Source: Candidatus Latescibacterota bacterium (GTDB lineage Bacteria > Latescibacterota > UBA2968 > UBA8231). From it: 64,000 nucleotides of DNA. The stretch lies in the NCBI GenBank assembly GCA_965261395.1, contig OZ253462.1:6176001-6240000 (forward strand), in the 5' to 3' direction. Below, piece by piece: positions 39,101 through 47,941 of this stretch (position 1 is the stretch's first letter; every line of letters begins with the position of its first letter). The position numbers and the translations under genes were made by a program. The notes under the pieces were generated by a model. It was not told the DNA's origin. It worked only from the letters and a program-made list of their open reading frames with translations, and made no database searches.

Positions 39101-41288
39101 ACTGCGTCCCTACCAGCGAGACTTGCTACAGCAGGTTCAGACCGCTCTGGCCGCCGACACCAAAGCGCGGGTGATGATGCAGTTGCCCACTGGTGGCGGC
39201 AAAACCATTATCGCCGGAGCGCTGCTGGCCGACTGGCTCACGGGCGGGCGCAAGGCGGTTTGGCTGACGCACCGCCGGGAACTTGCCGAGCAGACTTGTC
39301 GGATGCTAACCGAGGCCCACATTTCGGCCATGACGGACGTGAAATGGACGCCGGGAACCGATGCGCCAGCGATGAGCGGCGGTGCCGTCATTTTGATGGC
39401 GCAAACCGTGAGTCGGCGCACCGCCAGCATGGAAGTTTGGCACGGATATAACGCCGATGACCTAATGGTGATTGACGAAGCGCACCACGCTGCCGCTGAG
39501 GGTTGGGAGCGGGCGATGAAGCAATGGCCCGGCCGTATTATAGGCATGACCGCTACCCCTTGGCGGCTATCAGAAAAAGAGGGATTTGACCATCTGTTTG
39601 ACGAGTTGCTCTGTGGGCCGCAGGTCGCCGATTTGCAGGCGGCTGATTGGCTATGCGATGCCCAGACCCTACTGCCGCCCCCGGAACAGCGCATAATCGG
39701 CGGCGAAGTTGACCGCACCGGAGATTACACTGAGTGGGGCATTAAACTGGCCAATCGCTCGGACGTAATGACGGCGGGGGTACTAAATTTCTGGCAAAAG
39801 GACTTCGGCGACCGGCCAACCATCGCCTATGCCGTTTCAGTGGATCACGCTCGTAACCTAGCCAGCGTTTTTAACGACGCCGGCATACCGGCTGCGGTTA
39901 TCTTGGGCGATACCAGTAGCGAAGAGCGCAATAAAGCGATAGCCGGTTTCAGAGAAGGGATTCTCAAAGTGCTGGTCAATGTGGTCGTCGCAACCGAGGG
40001 ATTTGACCTGCCCGACGCATCCTGTATCGTAATTGCCCGGCCTACTATGAGCTTGGCCCTGTACTTGCAGATGGTAGGACGCGGCTTGCGCCCGAAAGAC
40101 GGCGGCGACTGCCTAATTCTGGACTTGGCCGCTAATTCAGAAAAACACGGTTTACCCGAGGAACAGCGGAAATGGTCTTTGGAACCGCGCGGAATAGAAT
40201 CGCCGGGCGAGGCCCCGGTTGTCTGGTGTCCACAGTGCGAAACTGTATCTCCCGCCACCAGCCATCATTGCCGGGGATGCGGCGACGACTTTGGCAAAGA
40301 CTGCAACCGTTGCGGCAAATGGCGGGCTTGGAAACGCTGGCAGTTTGAAAATCACTGCGGCGACGACCATGAGTTGGTGTGCGACCTGTGCCACATTGAT
40401 GCTCATATACAAGCGCATTTGCCTGTTACTAAACCACTGGACGAGTTGATTGACATTTACCCCCCGGAGGACGGAATGTTGTCCCATGATTACCCCGAAC
40501 TGAACGACGAACTGGCGAATCGCTTGGCTGGCTTGCTCAAAGAGCTGCTTGAGCAAGAACGGCGGAGTGTTACTGGTGCCAGCGGTGACCGTCAACTCGA
40601 ACTGCTTGAGAAAATTAAGCAGCGGGAAACGGAATTGACCGATGAAGAGGGATTGGAGACACTGTTTGAAAGACATATCGCCGACTTGTCAGAGACGGAG
40701 CGCCCGGAGAACTGGGTGCAGAAAAGCCGTATGCTTGTCGATTGGGAAGGCGGTCTCAGGTCGGAATTGACCGGCTGGAAAGACGAGTTAGACGAACTGA
40801 AGAACCGGCCTATCGACAAGCAGTTGATATTCAACAGCGCAAAAAATAAAGCAATGTCCCTGTTGCAGCGTGAGGCGCGAGCCGCCGACCTATTGCCTGA
40901 ACTACTGGAATCACCAGACGATGGGGATAAAGGTAAAGGGGCAGAAAAAAAAGATAGAACGAGAATGAAGGGCGTGAGGATTAAAAAAAAGTATGAGAAA
41001 GAGTATGAGCTAGTGAAAGATTATCTAATCCCCGTTGTTCAACTTATGAAAGTGGAGGGTAAAACGCATACAGAGGCTTTCCAGTTAGTAGATAAAAACT
41101 TGGGCGTTCCCCGAGGTTGTGCTAGCTCCCAATGTACGAGAACGTTGCGCTTTTTCCCGAAAGAAAAATTTCACACTCAGGAGTTTGTTGAGGCGGTCTC
41201 AAACGGCGAGATAATTCAAAGAGTAAAGAAAAAACGTCCTCAACAGAGTGAATTGATCGAGCGTGAATTAGAGCCTTTGTACTCTTGA
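39093..41288 (+). CDS. SF2 DEAH helicase with Cys-rich Zn ribbons and extended C-terminus
   Basis: LPTGGGKT, DEAH, TAT, EGFD, QMVGRGLR; CPQC/CRGC/CNRC/CDLC. Confidence 0.9.
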   Translation: MIKLRPYQRDLLQQVQTALAADTKARVMMQLPTGGGKTIIAGALLADWLTGGRKAVWLTHRRELAEQTCRMLTEAHISAMTDVKWTPGTDAPAMSGGAVILMAQTVSRRTASMEVWHGYNADDLMVIDEAHHAAAEGWERAMKQWPGRIIGMTATPWRLSEKEGFDHLFDELLCGPQVADLQAADWLCDAQTLLPPPEQRIIGGEVDRTGDYTEWGIKLANRSDVMTAGVLNFWQKDFGDRPTIAYAVSVDHARNLASVFNDAGIPAAVILGDTSSEERNKAIAGFREGILKVLVNVVVATEGFDLPDASCIVIARPTMSLALYLQMVGRGLRPKDGGDCLILDLAANSEKHGLPEEQRKWSLEPRGIESPGEAPVVWCPQCETVSPATSHHCRGCGDDFGKDCNRCGKWRAWKRWQFENHCGDDHELVCDLCHIDAHIQAHLPVTKPLDELIDIYPPEDGMLSHDYPELNDELANRLAGLLKELLEQERRSVTGASGDRQLELLEKIKQRETELTDEEGLETLFERHIADLSETERPENWVQKSRMLVDWEGGLRSELTGWKDELDELKNRPIDKQLIFNSAKNKAMSLLQREARAADLLPELLESPDDGDKGKGAEKKDRTRMKGVRIKKKYEKEYELVKDYLIPVVQLMKVEGKTHTEAFQLVDKNLGVPRGCASSQCTRTLRFFPKEKFHTQEFVEAVSNGEIIQRVKKKRPQQSELIERELEPLYS

Positions 41289-41487
41289 ATTCGCAGATCT
41301 ACGTGAGTCGAATGAAGGCAACGGACATTTCGCAATACGTGGTCCCGCCGCCGGCCCATGCTTCAGACGGCTCGACGCGGACGGCGAACTCGATCATGTC
41401 GGCGTCTCGAGGAGCAAATCACAAGACAGCAATACTATCGTTAGATGTCTCACGTCCTCCCGCCCACAGGTTCGGGACGTGCTGGCT

Positions 41488-41703
41488 TTAGACCGATTGA
41501 TCGGGGCGTTTTTCTTGACGCTCGAAGGTGAGCTCTAGGATGTTGGCACTCTTCTTGGCGTGCTCAACCTTCATGGAGACGAGGTTGCCATGCTTGTCGA
41601 GGTCTATATGGATGTTCTCGCACAATTCCCGAGTCTCAGCGACACGTTCCGAAGTGAACTCGATAAAAGCGGTGTCCGTATCTTCAAAGTAGTTGATCTT
41701 CAC
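41488..41703 (-). CDS. DUF2283-family protein (putative antitoxin)
   Basis: Y.EDTD.AFIEF...IDLDKHGNLV. Confidence 0.75.
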   Translation of the reverse strand: MKINYFEDTDTAFIEFTSERVAETRELCENIHIDLDKHGNLVSMKVEHAKKSANILELTFERQEKRPDQSV

Positions 41704-41991
41704 GTTTTTCCTTTCGTTTGATACTTCCGATCTATCGCGTTTAGTGCTACATAGACCCTGAGCTAATATACGACGTGAGCGTACTTCTGGACGACCGCGT
41801 CTTTAGGATCGGTTTGTAGTTCGACATTCCCGACTCGGCGATTAGGCGGCCGTCGAGGGAAGAGACGCGCACGTGTGGCTGCTTGTTTTGACGACTAACC
41901 GCAATTGGGGGCCAAAGTGGACACGGAGACGGCCAAGAGACATACTTAAACGGCAGTTAGAATCCGAAAGTTTGGCAAGGGAATTTGGCAA

Positions 41992-43950
41992 ATGGACGCC
42001 TCGAAAAAACCCGCAGACCGCGCCGGAATCAGCGTGCGCGCCATGCTCGTGGGGGCCGTGCTGTGCGGCGCGATTGCCGTGGGCCTGCCGTACGGGGAAT
42101 TCGTCCTCAACGGCACCCAGCTCGGGCTGAATTCCTCGACGCCAGCCGCCTTTTTCTTGCTCTTTTTGCTCGTTGCCTTCGTGCAGCCGCTGCTCGGCCT
42201 GGTGCGGCAGGACTGGCTTTTCAGCCGCGCCGAATTGTTGAGTATCGCGGTGATGATGATGATTACCACCGCCATTGCCGCGCGAGGGTTTATCAGCATT
42301 GCCGTGCCGATTCTGACCGGCATCTTCTACTTTGCCAGCCCGGAAAACAACTGGGAGGAGCTGCTGCTCCCGCATGTCCCCACTTGGCTCATTCCCTACG
42401 ATGCCCAGGCCATTCAAGGTTTTTACGAGGGCCTGCCGGAGGGCGCGGCGATCCCTTGGGGCGTTTGGGTGGAGCCGCTTTTGTGGTGGTTTCTGTTTAT
42501 GGCTGCGTTCTACGTGGTCGTCGTATGCGCGATGGTCATCTTGCGGCGGCAGTGGATGGACCACGAGCGACTGCTCTACCCGCTGACGCAGGTGCCGCTG
42601 GGCATGGTCGAGGACGAAGCGACGCCTGCGCGAATCAAACCCTTCCTGAAGAATCCCTCGATGTGGCTGGGGCTGGCCGTGCCGTTTGTCCTGCACGGGG
42701 TTAATGCCTTGAGCCACTACTACGAGTTTATCGGCCGCATCAACTTTGCGTACTCACTGCCGCTGGCCCACGACGCCGTGCGGTTTTACCTGCGCTTCGA
42801 CTGCATGTGGATGGGACTGGCCTATCTGGTCAACGCCAATATCACCTTCAGTCTGTGGTTCTTCTATTTATTGGTCAAAGCCGAGGAGGTGATCTTCACC
42901 CGTATCGGCATCTTGAGTACTGAAAACCTCGACATCTTCAGCCACACCTTTGATGGGCCGACCATGGGCCTGCTGAGCCATCAGACCATGGGCGCGATGA
43001 TCGTCATGGTGATTTTGGGGCTGTGGACGGCGCGCGTCCACATGTGGCACGTGGTGCAGCACCTTTGGCGGCGGGAGGGGCGGTCCGATGGCGAGGAGTT
43101 GCTGTCGTATCGCACGGCGGTCCTCGGGGTTGCGCTGGGCTTGGCGGTTATGTCGCTGTGGCTGTGGCGCTCCGGCCTGCCGCTGTGGGCGGTTTTCGTC
43201 TATCTGTTCGGGGCGTTTGTCATCTTTTTGGCTCTGACGCGGATGATCGTCGAAGCCGGTTTGGCCGCTGCCGTCCAGGGCATGTCGGGCTGCGGCTTTC
43301 TCATTTCCAGCGTTGGCTCCTCGTCCCTCGGGGTGGCTGGGGTGCTGGCTACGGGCATGACCCTCGCTTGGGCCGGCGATCTGCTGGTTTTTATGATGGC
43401 CCCCTGCGCCAATGGCATTCGCATGTTGCACGGCCTGAGCCGCTACAAGCACCGCATCCTCGCGATGATCGGGCTGGCCATGGCCATTGGCCTGGTGGGC
43501 GGGGTTTGCACGATCCTCGTGCTGAGCTACCACTACGGCGCGAACAACTACCACGGCTCGTGGGCGTGGTTTGCCAAGGAGCCGTTTCGCGTCGCGCAAA
43601 ACTTTGCGCTCAATCCGACTGGCCCCAATTGGGATGGCTGGCTGTGGAATGGAGTCGGCGCGGCGATTATGGCGCTGTTGATCTGGGCGCGGCACCACCT
43701 TTTGTGGTGGCCCTTCCATCCACTGGGCTATCTGGCCAGCGGCACTTGGATCCTCAACAGCGTCTGGTTCAGCATCTTCCTCGCGTGGCTGGTCAAGGCA
43801 CTCGTGCTGAAGTACACCGGGCCGAATGGCTACAAGGCGACGCGGTGGTTTTTCCTCGGCATGGTGCTGGGGCAGTTCGTCGCCGGGGGATTCTGGATGG
43901 TCGTCGATGGGTTTACGGGCATGACCGGAAATAGGATTCGGATGTTTTGA
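41992..43950 (+). CDS. DUF6785/DUF6784-like polytopic membrane protein (putative peptide transporter)
   Basis: RRQWMDHERL.YPL, WWPFHPLGY, many TM helices. Confidence 0.75.
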   Translation: MDASKKPADRAGISVRAMLVGAVLCGAIAVGLPYGEFVLNGTQLGLNSSTPAAFFLLFLLVAFVQPLLGLVRQDWLFSRAELLSIAVMMMITTAIAARGFISIAVPILTGIFYFASPENNWEELLLPHVPTWLIPYDAQAIQGFYEGLPEGAAIPWGVWVEPLLWWFLFMAAFYVVVVCAMVILRRQWMDHERLLYPLTQVPLGMVEDEATPARIKPFLKNPSMWLGLAVPFVLHGVNALSHYYEFIGRINFAYSLPLAHDAVRFYLRFDCMWMGLAYLVNANITFSLWFFYLLVKAEEVIFTRIGILSTENLDIFSHTFDGPTMGLLSHQTMGAMIVMVILGLWTARVHMWHVVQHLWRREGRSDGEELLSYRTAVLGVALGLAVMSLWLWRSGLPLWAVFVYLFGAFVIFLALTRMIVEAGLAAAVQGMSGCGFLISSVGSSSLGVAGVLATGMTLAWAGDLLVFMMAPCANGIRMLHGLSRYKHRILAMIGLAMAIGLVGGVCTILVLSYHYGANNYHGSWAWFAKEPFRVAQNFALNPTGPNWDGWLWNGVGAAIMALLIWARHHLLWWPFHPLGYLASGTWILNSVWFSIFLAWLVKALVLKYTGPNGYKATRWFFLGMVLGQFVAGGFWMVVDGFTGMTGNRIRMF

Positions 43951-46424
43951 AGACCATACGTTGGCCTTTTGCGCTGTTGCTCGTCGCCTTTAGCGCCCTT
44001 GCGGGACCCTTTGACGACCAGCATGTAACCGTCCTAGTGTTTACCAAAACCGCCGGTTTCCGCCACGATTCCATTGCCGACGGCATTGCCGCCATCCAAG
44101 CCTTGGGGCGGAAAAACGGTTTTGCCGTCGAGGCTACCAAGGACACGGGGCGTTTCACCGACGAGGGCTTGGCACCGTATCGGGCGGTAATTTTCCTCAA
44201 CACTACCGGCGATGTACTGGCCGCGGACCAAGAGCGGGCTTTCGAACGCTACATTCGCGGCGGCGGCGGTTTTGTAGGCATTCACTCCGCGGCTGATACC
44301 GAGTACGACTGGGCTTGGTATGGCGACTTGGTGGGGGCCTATTTCGACAGTCATCCGGCCATCCAACAGGCTCAGATCCAAGTAGCCGACCAGGTTCATC
44401 CGGCCACGGACCATTTGTCCGCCCGCTGGCAGCGGCGCGACGAGTGGTACAATTACCGCCGCAATCCTCGCGGGCAGGTCCACATCTTGGCCACGCTGGA
44501 CGAAGGCAGCTACAACGGCGGCAATCACGGTTTTGACCACCCCATCGCCTGGTGCCACGACTACGACGGCGGCCGCTCCTGGTACACCGGCGGCGGTCAC
44601 ACCCGCGCAAGCTACGGCGAGCCCCAGTTTATGCAGCATATCCTCGGCGGCATCGAGTACGCTTCAGGAGTGACCGCGGCCGATTGCGGGGCACCGAGGA
44701 ACCTGTCGCCCAACAACACGGGTCTGCAATCGCTGCCTCCGGCGCAGGCGGCGTGGGTCTGGTATCCGTATGGCACCTCGTCCTCGTTTCCCGAGATCAT
44801 TGCCGATGGCGGCCGCACGGCGCTGGCTGGGCCGGTGTATTACTACGATGCCGCGGCGGGTAGCAAGAAGCTGCCGGCGTATTACAACGGCACGCTCTTT
44901 ATGTACGAGTGGGCCAGCAATTGGATTAAAGAGGTCAAGCTGGACGAGGACGGGAACATCCTCAAAATCAATCCCTTTTTGGACGGTATGGAATTCATTC
45001 GGCCCATTTCCATGCAGTTCGGCCCCGATGGCTCGCTGTACGTGTTGGAGTGGGGCAGCGGCTTCTGGGGCGACAACGACGACGCCCGCGTGGTGCGGAT
45101 TGACTATGTGCGGGGTACGCGAGCACCGGTGGCCCGCATTGAAGCTGCGCCCACTAATGGTGCTGCGCCGCTAGAAGTGCATTTCTCGGGCCACAATTCC
45201 TTTGATCCCGATCCGGGGTCGGTGCTAGACTTTGCCTGGGATTTTACCGGCGACGGCGAGATTGACGCGACGGGGCCCGAGGTCGTCTTCACCTACCAAG
45301 TAAGCGGCGACTATATTGCCCAGCTAACGGTCTCTGACGCCGAGGGCAACCAAGGCGTGGCGCAAGTGCCTATCTCAGTCGGCAATACCGTCCCCCAAGT
45401 GGAGATCGTGCAGCCCCCGGACGGCGGTTTCTTTAGCTGGGGAGAAATCGTCGATTTTGAAATCCAAGTCTTTGACCCAGAGGACGGGACCGCCGACTGC
45501 GCCCGGGTGGTATTGCAGGCTTTTATCGGCCACGACGAACACAGCCACCCCCTTGAGGAATACGGCGCTTGCAGTGGTAGCTTCCAGACCGAGGCCGGGC
45601 ACGGCGGCGATGGCGACGATTTGTTTTATACCATCGAGGCGCGCTATACAGACCGAGGTATGGAGTCGGTGGCACCCTTGACTGGTAGGACGGGCCACAT
45701 TCTGCAACCTAAGCGCAAGCAAGCCGAGCACTATACGCGCCAGAGCGGAGTACGATTAGAAATGACCGGAGATGAGGCCGGTGGCGGGCAGAATATCGGC
45801 TTTATCGCCCACGGCGATTGGATTTCCTTTGCGCCAATGAATCTGCAGGGCATTGAGTCGCTCAACTATCGGGTGGCTTCGGCCGGGATAGGGGGACGCA
45901 TCGAAGTGCGCGTTGATTCGCTGAGGGGGCCTCCGATTAGCACGGTGCGCGTGGGCAGTACGGGCGACTGGCAGGTCTATACCGACTTGGCGGCACCCCT
46001 TGCGAATCCAGGCGGCACCCACGAGTTGTTTTTCATCTTCCGGCGCAATCCGGGGGATGACGGTTTGTTCAATATTAACTGGATTGATTTCGAGGGACCG
46101 GGGGTGTCTCGTCCCACGGGTACTGCAAAGGCGGCTAAGTCGCGCATAGAGCCGTTGCTCGGTCCGGCTGTTCTGTACCCGCCCTATCCCAATCCCTTTA
46201 ACCCGATGGCGCAGATCCGCTTTGTGCTCCCCGGGCGCATGGCGGTACGGTTGGAGATTTTCGATCTCTTAGGGCAGCGGTTGGACGTGGTGGTTGACGA
46301 GGTGTTGGACGCCGGAAGCCATGCGGTGCGGTTTGACGGAGCCGATCTGGCGAGTGGGGTCTATATCGTGCGTTTGGCGACGCCGAGTGGGGTTTTGGTG
46401 CGGCGGATGGTGTTGTTGCGCTAG
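43947..46424 (+). CDS. ThuA + truncated sugar-dehydrogenase propeller + PKD + CBM6 + C-terminal sorting/FlgD-Ig-like protein
   Basis: KTAGFRHDSI, DEWYNY, GGRSWYTGGGH; DPDP/WDF PKD; TGDWQ CBM6; YPNPFNP. Confidence 0.85.
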   Translation: MKTIRWPFALLLVAFSALAGPFDDQHVTVLVFTKTAGFRHDSIADGIAAIQALGRKNGFAVEATKDTGRFTDEGLAPYRAVIFLNTTGDVLAADQERAFERYIRGGGGFVGIHSAADTEYDWAWYGDLVGAYFDSHPAIQQAQIQVADQVHPATDHLSARWQRRDEWYNYRRNPRGQVHILATLDEGSYNGGNHGFDHPIAWCHDYDGGRSWYTGGGHTRASYGEPQFMQHILGGIEYASGVTAADCGAPRNLSPNNTGLQSLPPAQAAWVWYPYGTSSSFPEIIADGGRTALAGPVYYYDAAAGSKKLPAYYNGTLFMYEWASNWIKEVKLDEDGNILKINPFLDGMEFIRPISMQFGPDGSLYVLEWGSGFWGDNDDARVVRIDYVRGTRAPVARIEAAPTNGAAPLEVHFSGHNSFDPDPGSVLDFAWDFTGDGEIDATGPEVVFTYQVSGDYIAQLTVSDAEGNQGVAQVPISVGNTVPQVEIVQPPDGGFFSWGEIVDFEIQVFDPEDGTADCARVVLQAFIGHDEHSHPLEEYGACSGSFQTEAGHGGDGDDLFYTIEARYTDRGMESVAPLTGRTGHILQPKRKQAEHYTRQSGVRLEMTGDEAGGGQNIGFIAHGDWISFAPMNLQGIESLNYRVASAGIGGRIEVRVDSLRGPPISTVRVGSTGDWQVYTDLAAPLANPGGTHELFFIFRRNPGDDGLFNINWIDFEGPGVSRPTGTAKAAKSRIEPLLGPAVLYPPYPNPFNPMAQIRFVLPGRMAVRLEIFDLLGQRLDVVVDEVLDAGSHAVRFDGADLASGVYIVRLATPSGVLVRRMVLLR

Positions 46425-46536
46425 CTGCGCTGTGGGAGGCTTACGAGTTCAGAGTTGCGCCGGTTCCAATCCCAACAGCACGATCAAGAACGAGCGCACC
46501 CAATAGGTGCTGTTCGCGTAGGGGTTTTCGACTGAG
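46409..46536. repeat. Left direct repeat (displaced 3' end of ABC SBP gene)
   Basis: Minus strand reads ENPYANSTYWVRSFLIVLLGLEPAQL*. Confidence 0.9.
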
Positions 46537-46568
46537 ACTGGAGAAATACGTATTCTAATCAGTATGCA

Positions 46569-46664
46569 ATCTAGGCCGTGCAGAAGGGGATCGCGGAGCT
46601 TGGGACTGAACTTGCCGAGGTCGAGCCCGAGTTAGAAGGGTAGCTGAAGGAGTTGGAGTTATGA
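46569..46664 (+). pseudogene. C-terminal remnant of an HsdM
   Basis: AVQKGIAELGTELAEVEPELEG*LKELEL* resembles the HsdM C-terminal helix; stop overlaps Fic ATG. Confidence 0.55.
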
Positions 46665-47725
46665 GGCGTAACTGTCCTATTACTGGGGATATAGTAGAGG
46701 TAGTCGAGTCTGCGGATTGGCTTATCGTCGAGCATCCCAAGCTCGGACGGTACATGCTCGACGCGAATGCGCGCTCTGTGCTTGAGACCGACGACGAGGC
46801 GCGAATGCGAATGGCCCGCTGGATTGCCGAATCCTGCTCACTAGGTATCGACATCCCAAACCTCACCATTGAGCACGTTCGCCTCTTTGAACGCCTAGCG
46901 GATTTAGAGGCGGCGATTGCGGAATGGCACGAGCGACGCGAAGGCATGAAAAGCGCTGACGACGAACGGCTCTGGAGAAAACTCAGACTTGAATGGAACT
47001 ACAACAGCAACCACATCGAGGGCAACACGCTAACCTACCACGAGACCGAATTACTGCTCATCCACGGTCGCACGGCCGGTGGGCACCCGATGCGGGATTA
47101 CGAGGAGATGAAGGCGCACGATGTTGCGATCGACTATACGCGATCCCTCGCTGGAGAGGAACGAATTATTGGGGAGAGCGATATAAGACAGCTAAACCAA
47201 GTCCTCCTCAAAGAGCCATTCTGGAGCTACGCAGAGACTCCGGATGGCCAACCGACTCAGAAGCGCATTATTCCTGGCCAATACAAGACACAGCCGAATC
47301 ACGTGCGGACGGCGACCGGAGAACTCCATCGATTCGCTGAGCCCGAGGAAACGCCCCCATTAATGGAGGAGTGGACTCGTGATTTTCGGCGCGACCTAGA
47401 GCGGAATGCCTATCCTCTGCCGTTGTTCCTAGCTGAGTCGCATTGGAGTTTTCTCCGCATCCATCCATTCGATGATGGGAACGGGCGTACCGCACGGCTA
47501 CTTGCCAACTATGCTTTATTTCAGAATAACCTGCCGCCTATCGTGATCAGCAGCGAAGACCGGGATCGCTACATCGGCGGGCTCCAGAACGCCGATGTAA
47601 GTCTCATGTTGCCCCTTGCCCAGTTCATGCTGGAAAACGTCTTATGGTCGCTTGAGCTGGCGATTCGGGCTGCGAAAGGTTCTCGTTTGAGGCAGAGATC
47701 GACGGAAAGCCTCTCACGGACATAG
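46661..47725 (+). CDS. Fic-domain protein with extra N-terminal domain
   Basis: SNHIEGNTL, HPFDDGNGRTAR. Confidence 0.92.
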   Translation: MRRNCPITGDIVEVVESADWLIVEHPKLGRYMLDANARSVLETDDEARMRMARWIAESCSLGIDIPNLTIEHVRLFERLADLEAAIAEWHERREGMKSADDERLWRKLRLEWNYNSNHIEGNTLTYHETELLLIHGRTAGGHPMRDYEEMKAHDVAIDYTRSLAGEERIIGESDIRQLNQVLLKEPFWSYAETPDGQPTQKRIIPGQYKTQPNHVRTATGELHRFAEPEETPPLMEEWTRDFRRDLERNAYPLPLFLAESHWSFLRIHPFDDGNGRTARLLANYALFQNNLPPIVISSEDRDRYIGGLQNADVSLMLPLAQFMLENVLWSLELAIRAAKGSRLRQRSTESLSRT

Positions 47726-47941
47726 GCCACTGCATTCCTTATGCAGAACTCGACGGCCAAAACGCTGAAGTGGACCACACAGTCGAGGCGATATGTGGTT
47801 GCATGATGGATGAACTCGACAGTCAGTCACAGAGGCCGGAATAGGAGCGGTGACGGACCGCAGATTCACAGGCTATTTGGCAACTCAACTTTTGACTTTG
47901 GCAGATGCAGTAATTCGCCAAGCTTTTCGCGGAGAATTTCT

